Notes under the pieces: generated by a model
The model's database searches: none
What the model was told of the DNA's origin: nothing
Seen by the model: only the letters and a program-made list of their open reading frames with translations
Shown here: piece by piece, positions 4,628 through 6,238 of the stretch
Numbering within the stretch: position 1 is the stretch's first letter
Layout: each line of letters opens with the position of its first letter
Source: a virus
Taxonomy: Duplodnaviria > Heunggongvirae > Uroviricota > Caudoviricetes
IMG/VR virus record: IMGVR_UViG_2534682159_000005
Coordinates: 1-6,238 of that record
Length of the DNA stretch: 6,238 nt
Direction: 5' to 3' (one strand)
Made by a program: the position numbers and the translations under genes

Positions 4628-5344
4628 TCACCGCTGCTGTTCTCTGGTGGCGGTAATATCCCGGAGAATATCCCGGCACTTGTTCAGCTCCCGCAGCGCG
4701 GCGCAGACTCGCTCCCACTTCTGAACCTGACCTTTTGCCCGGCGCAGCTCGCGGTTAGCCACATGCAGCGATGGTAGAATCAGGTCATCTGCTTTCGTTT
4801 CGGTGACCGATGGCTGTAACTTCACAATGTCTTCCACGATTTCTGTTTTCATTTCTTCCTGTGTCGTCGTTTCCTGGACTGGTAACGCAACACCTGCTGG
4901 CTGAGGAAAGGCTTTACCATCGGTTTCCGCTACGGATGCAGCTTCCGGCTCTGCCGGTAAATCAGCGCCCGGTATGCAGTAACGAAATTTACCGCCCTGA
5001 TTCACGCGAATCAGACGCCCTTTGCTGATTGCCATGGCCAGCGATGAATTCGCCCGGCGGGAGGTAATCCCGAACATCAGTGCCAGCTCATCCGCCGTTT
5101 GTGGGCCATGTTGTTCAATCGCCTCAGTCAGCATTTGCGCTGTCACTTTCGGTACCGGTGACACTGGTTCACTTTCACCTGCCTGAGTCAGCCACCACAT
5201 CGACCCCTTGTTATCCGCTTCACCACGGCGCTTCAGTTTCCACAGTTCGTTGACCGCATCTTCACGGCTGATTCCAAGGCGGGCCGCCACTACCTGTGAA
5301 GAGGCTCTTTTCAGTGCTTTCAGTGCGTCAAATACGGTTTCCAT
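4628..5344 (-). CDS. Prophage protein with two winged-helix-like domains and an acidic linker (238 aa)
   Basis: The track ORF starts at TTG 5362, but ATG 5344-5342 has GGAGG 8 nt upstream. Two HTH-like segments ([25 protein letters not shown] and [31 protein letters not shown]). Sits 33 nt downstream of the P-like gene, the slot occupied by ren in lambda. Confidence 0.7.
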   Translation of the reverse strand: METVFDALKALKRASSQVVAARLGISREDAVNELWKLKRRGEADNKGSMWWLTQAGESEPVSPVPKVTAQMLTEAIEQHGPQTADELALMFGITSRRANSSLAMAISKGRLIRVNQGGKFRYCIPGADLPAEPEAASVAETDGKAFPQPAGVALPVQETTTQEEMKTEIVEDIVKLQPSVTETKADDLILPSLHVANRELRRAKGQVQKWERVCAALRELNKCRDILRDITATREQQR

Positions 5345-5377
5345 TAAAATTTCCTCCGACAAAATCGTTTCCCAGAT

Positions 5378-6040
5378 TCAAATAAAACCAGCAGCCTTCC
5401 GGCGTTCGTATTCCTGTTTCAGCCGTTCAATTGGCGTTGGCCCTTTCGGGTGTTTCGCCCCTTCCAGTTGTCGTCGCACTGGCGGAACACTCATCCCGTT
5501 ACCAACATGCTTTGCCCATTTCGTCAGTTGCCGTTCCGCAAGTCGTTTTAACTCACCCTGCGTCATCTGGCGCTCAATCCCTCTGGTACGCATTTCGAGG
5601 CAGATGTGGTACAGCACAGGCTGTGGCCACGGGTATTTATCACTCCCGTCGTATCGCCAGGATTCATTGCGCCAGCGCCGGTACTCTTCCATCACGGCAT
5701 CCACCGTAAGACCAAATGGATTTGCCCCACTCTCCGAAATCAGCGCAACAAACTCAGCCAGGTCCGGGGGCCACGTTTCACCCGCCCGGCAGCGGTCCAT
5801 GCACTGACGACAGACCTGCCGGATTTGCTGTTCAGTCATCGCACCAATCTGGGCAATCCAGAGCTTCGAAGGTGCGGCCCCGTTCTTCTGAGTCCAGCGG
5901 TTCGAATACACCTCCCCCATAAGCTCCCACAGCTTCCAGGCCGTTTCCGTTGCTGATAAATCCGTTTTCACGTTCCCACTGTTCGCGTGCTGCCCGGATT
6001 TCCTGAACTGCCCGTGATGCCGTGCCACCTGATGCTGCAT
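5378..6040 (-). CDS. Lambda P-like replication protein (DnaB helicase loader); N-terminal boundary uncertain
   Basis: The C-terminal two thirds align by motif with lambda P (P..FVA.. segment, then YPW...Y...M....T..EL.R.A..L). ATG 6040 has AGGGGG 6 nt upstream, and an alternative ATG at 5920 has GGGAG upstream. The 5' 209 nt overlap the upstream gene in another frame. Confidence 0.7.
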   Translation of the reverse strand: MQHQVARHHGQFRKSGQHANSGNVKTDLSATETAWKLWELMGEVYSNRWTQKNGAAPSKLWIAQIGAMTEQQIRQVCRQCMDRCRAGETWPPDLAEFVALISESGANPFGLTVDAVMEEYRRWRNESWRYDGSDKYPWPQPVLYHICLEMRTRGIERQMTQGELKRLAERQLTKWAKHVGNGMSVPPVRRQLEGAKHPKGPTPIERLKQEYERRKAAGFI

Positions 6041-6238
6041 GGCTTACCCCCTTGCTGACTGGTTTTACCTGTGCCCTGACGTGCTGCACGTGACGGGCAA
6101 ATTTCTGCTCCCACTGAACCTGCGTGAAAACCTTCCCCTCCGCCATCCAGTAATCCCGGAATGCGGCAAGCTCAGCAGGTGTAAATTCCGGCTCAGGCAG
6201 AGCCATACCCCACACTGCTGCCCGTTGTCGAAAATCCG
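5832..6238 (-). CDS. Replication initiator / replisome organiser with DnaT-like C-terminal domain (partial; 5' end beyond the window)
   Basis: The frame is open to the window edge. [42 protein letters not shown] closely parallels the E. coli DnaT C-terminal domain ([41 protein letters not shown]) as I recall it. It lies immediately upstream of the P-like gene, the position of O. Confidence 0.7.
   Translation of the reverse strand, partial: DFRQRAAVWGMALPEPEFTPAELAAFRDYWMAEGKVFTQVQWEQKFARHVQHVRAQVKPVSKGVSHAASGGTASRAVQEIRAAREQWERENGFISNGNGLEAVGAYGGGVFEPLDSEERGRTFEALDCPDWCDD

Noticed and set aside
4810-5956. Five plus-strand ORFs (4810..5028, 5208..5807, 5431..5709, 5606..5956, 5716..5922)
   Set aside because: All antisense to the winged-helix and P-like genes, with Ser/Arg/Pro-rich low-complexity translations typical of antisense frames; none has a convincing start context.
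6079-6091. 13-bp perfect palindrome ACGTGC-T-GCACGT upstream of the P-like start
   Set aside because: A single palindrome with 6-bp arms is expected about once by chance in 6 kb, and it lies inside coding sequence with no repeated partner site.
1-6238. CRISPR arrays, tRNA or rRNA genes, IS elements or integrase
   Set aside because: No spaced direct repeats, no tRNA-like cloverleaf candidates, and no transposase or integrase-like ORFs were seen. The inverted repeats flanking hokD are better explained as mRNA fold-back elements.

Overview
This window reads as the early-right (replication to nin/Q-proximal) arm of a lambdoid prophage of the Enterobacteriaceae type, with every credible gene on the minus strand (transcribed from high to low coordinates). 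In transcription order: the 3' end of a replication-initiator gene with a DnaT-like C-terminal domain, a lambda P-like helicase loader, then a packed train of small accessory genes (tandem winged-helix protein, small HTH protein, DUF4406 nucleoside 2-deoxyribosyltransferase-like protein, Ea22-like coiled-coil protein, zinc-ribbon protein, two small acidic proteins, a 171-aa hypothetical and a 27-aa hydrophobic peptide). These are followed by a Hok/Gef type I toxin (HokD-like) with candidate promoter, terminator and 5'/3' fold-back complementarity, a 90-aa small protein, a YdfU-like DUF968 protein and a RusA-family resolvase gene that appears frameshifted. Most small genes are joined by overlapping stop/start codons. 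All plus-strand ORFs in the track look like antisense artefacts. The strongest candidates for uncharacterised biology are the block of small genes between 2193 and 3585 and the DUF4406/HTH pair. All family assignments rest on motif recognition from memory, not on searches, and no new multi-gene system could be established from sequence alone.
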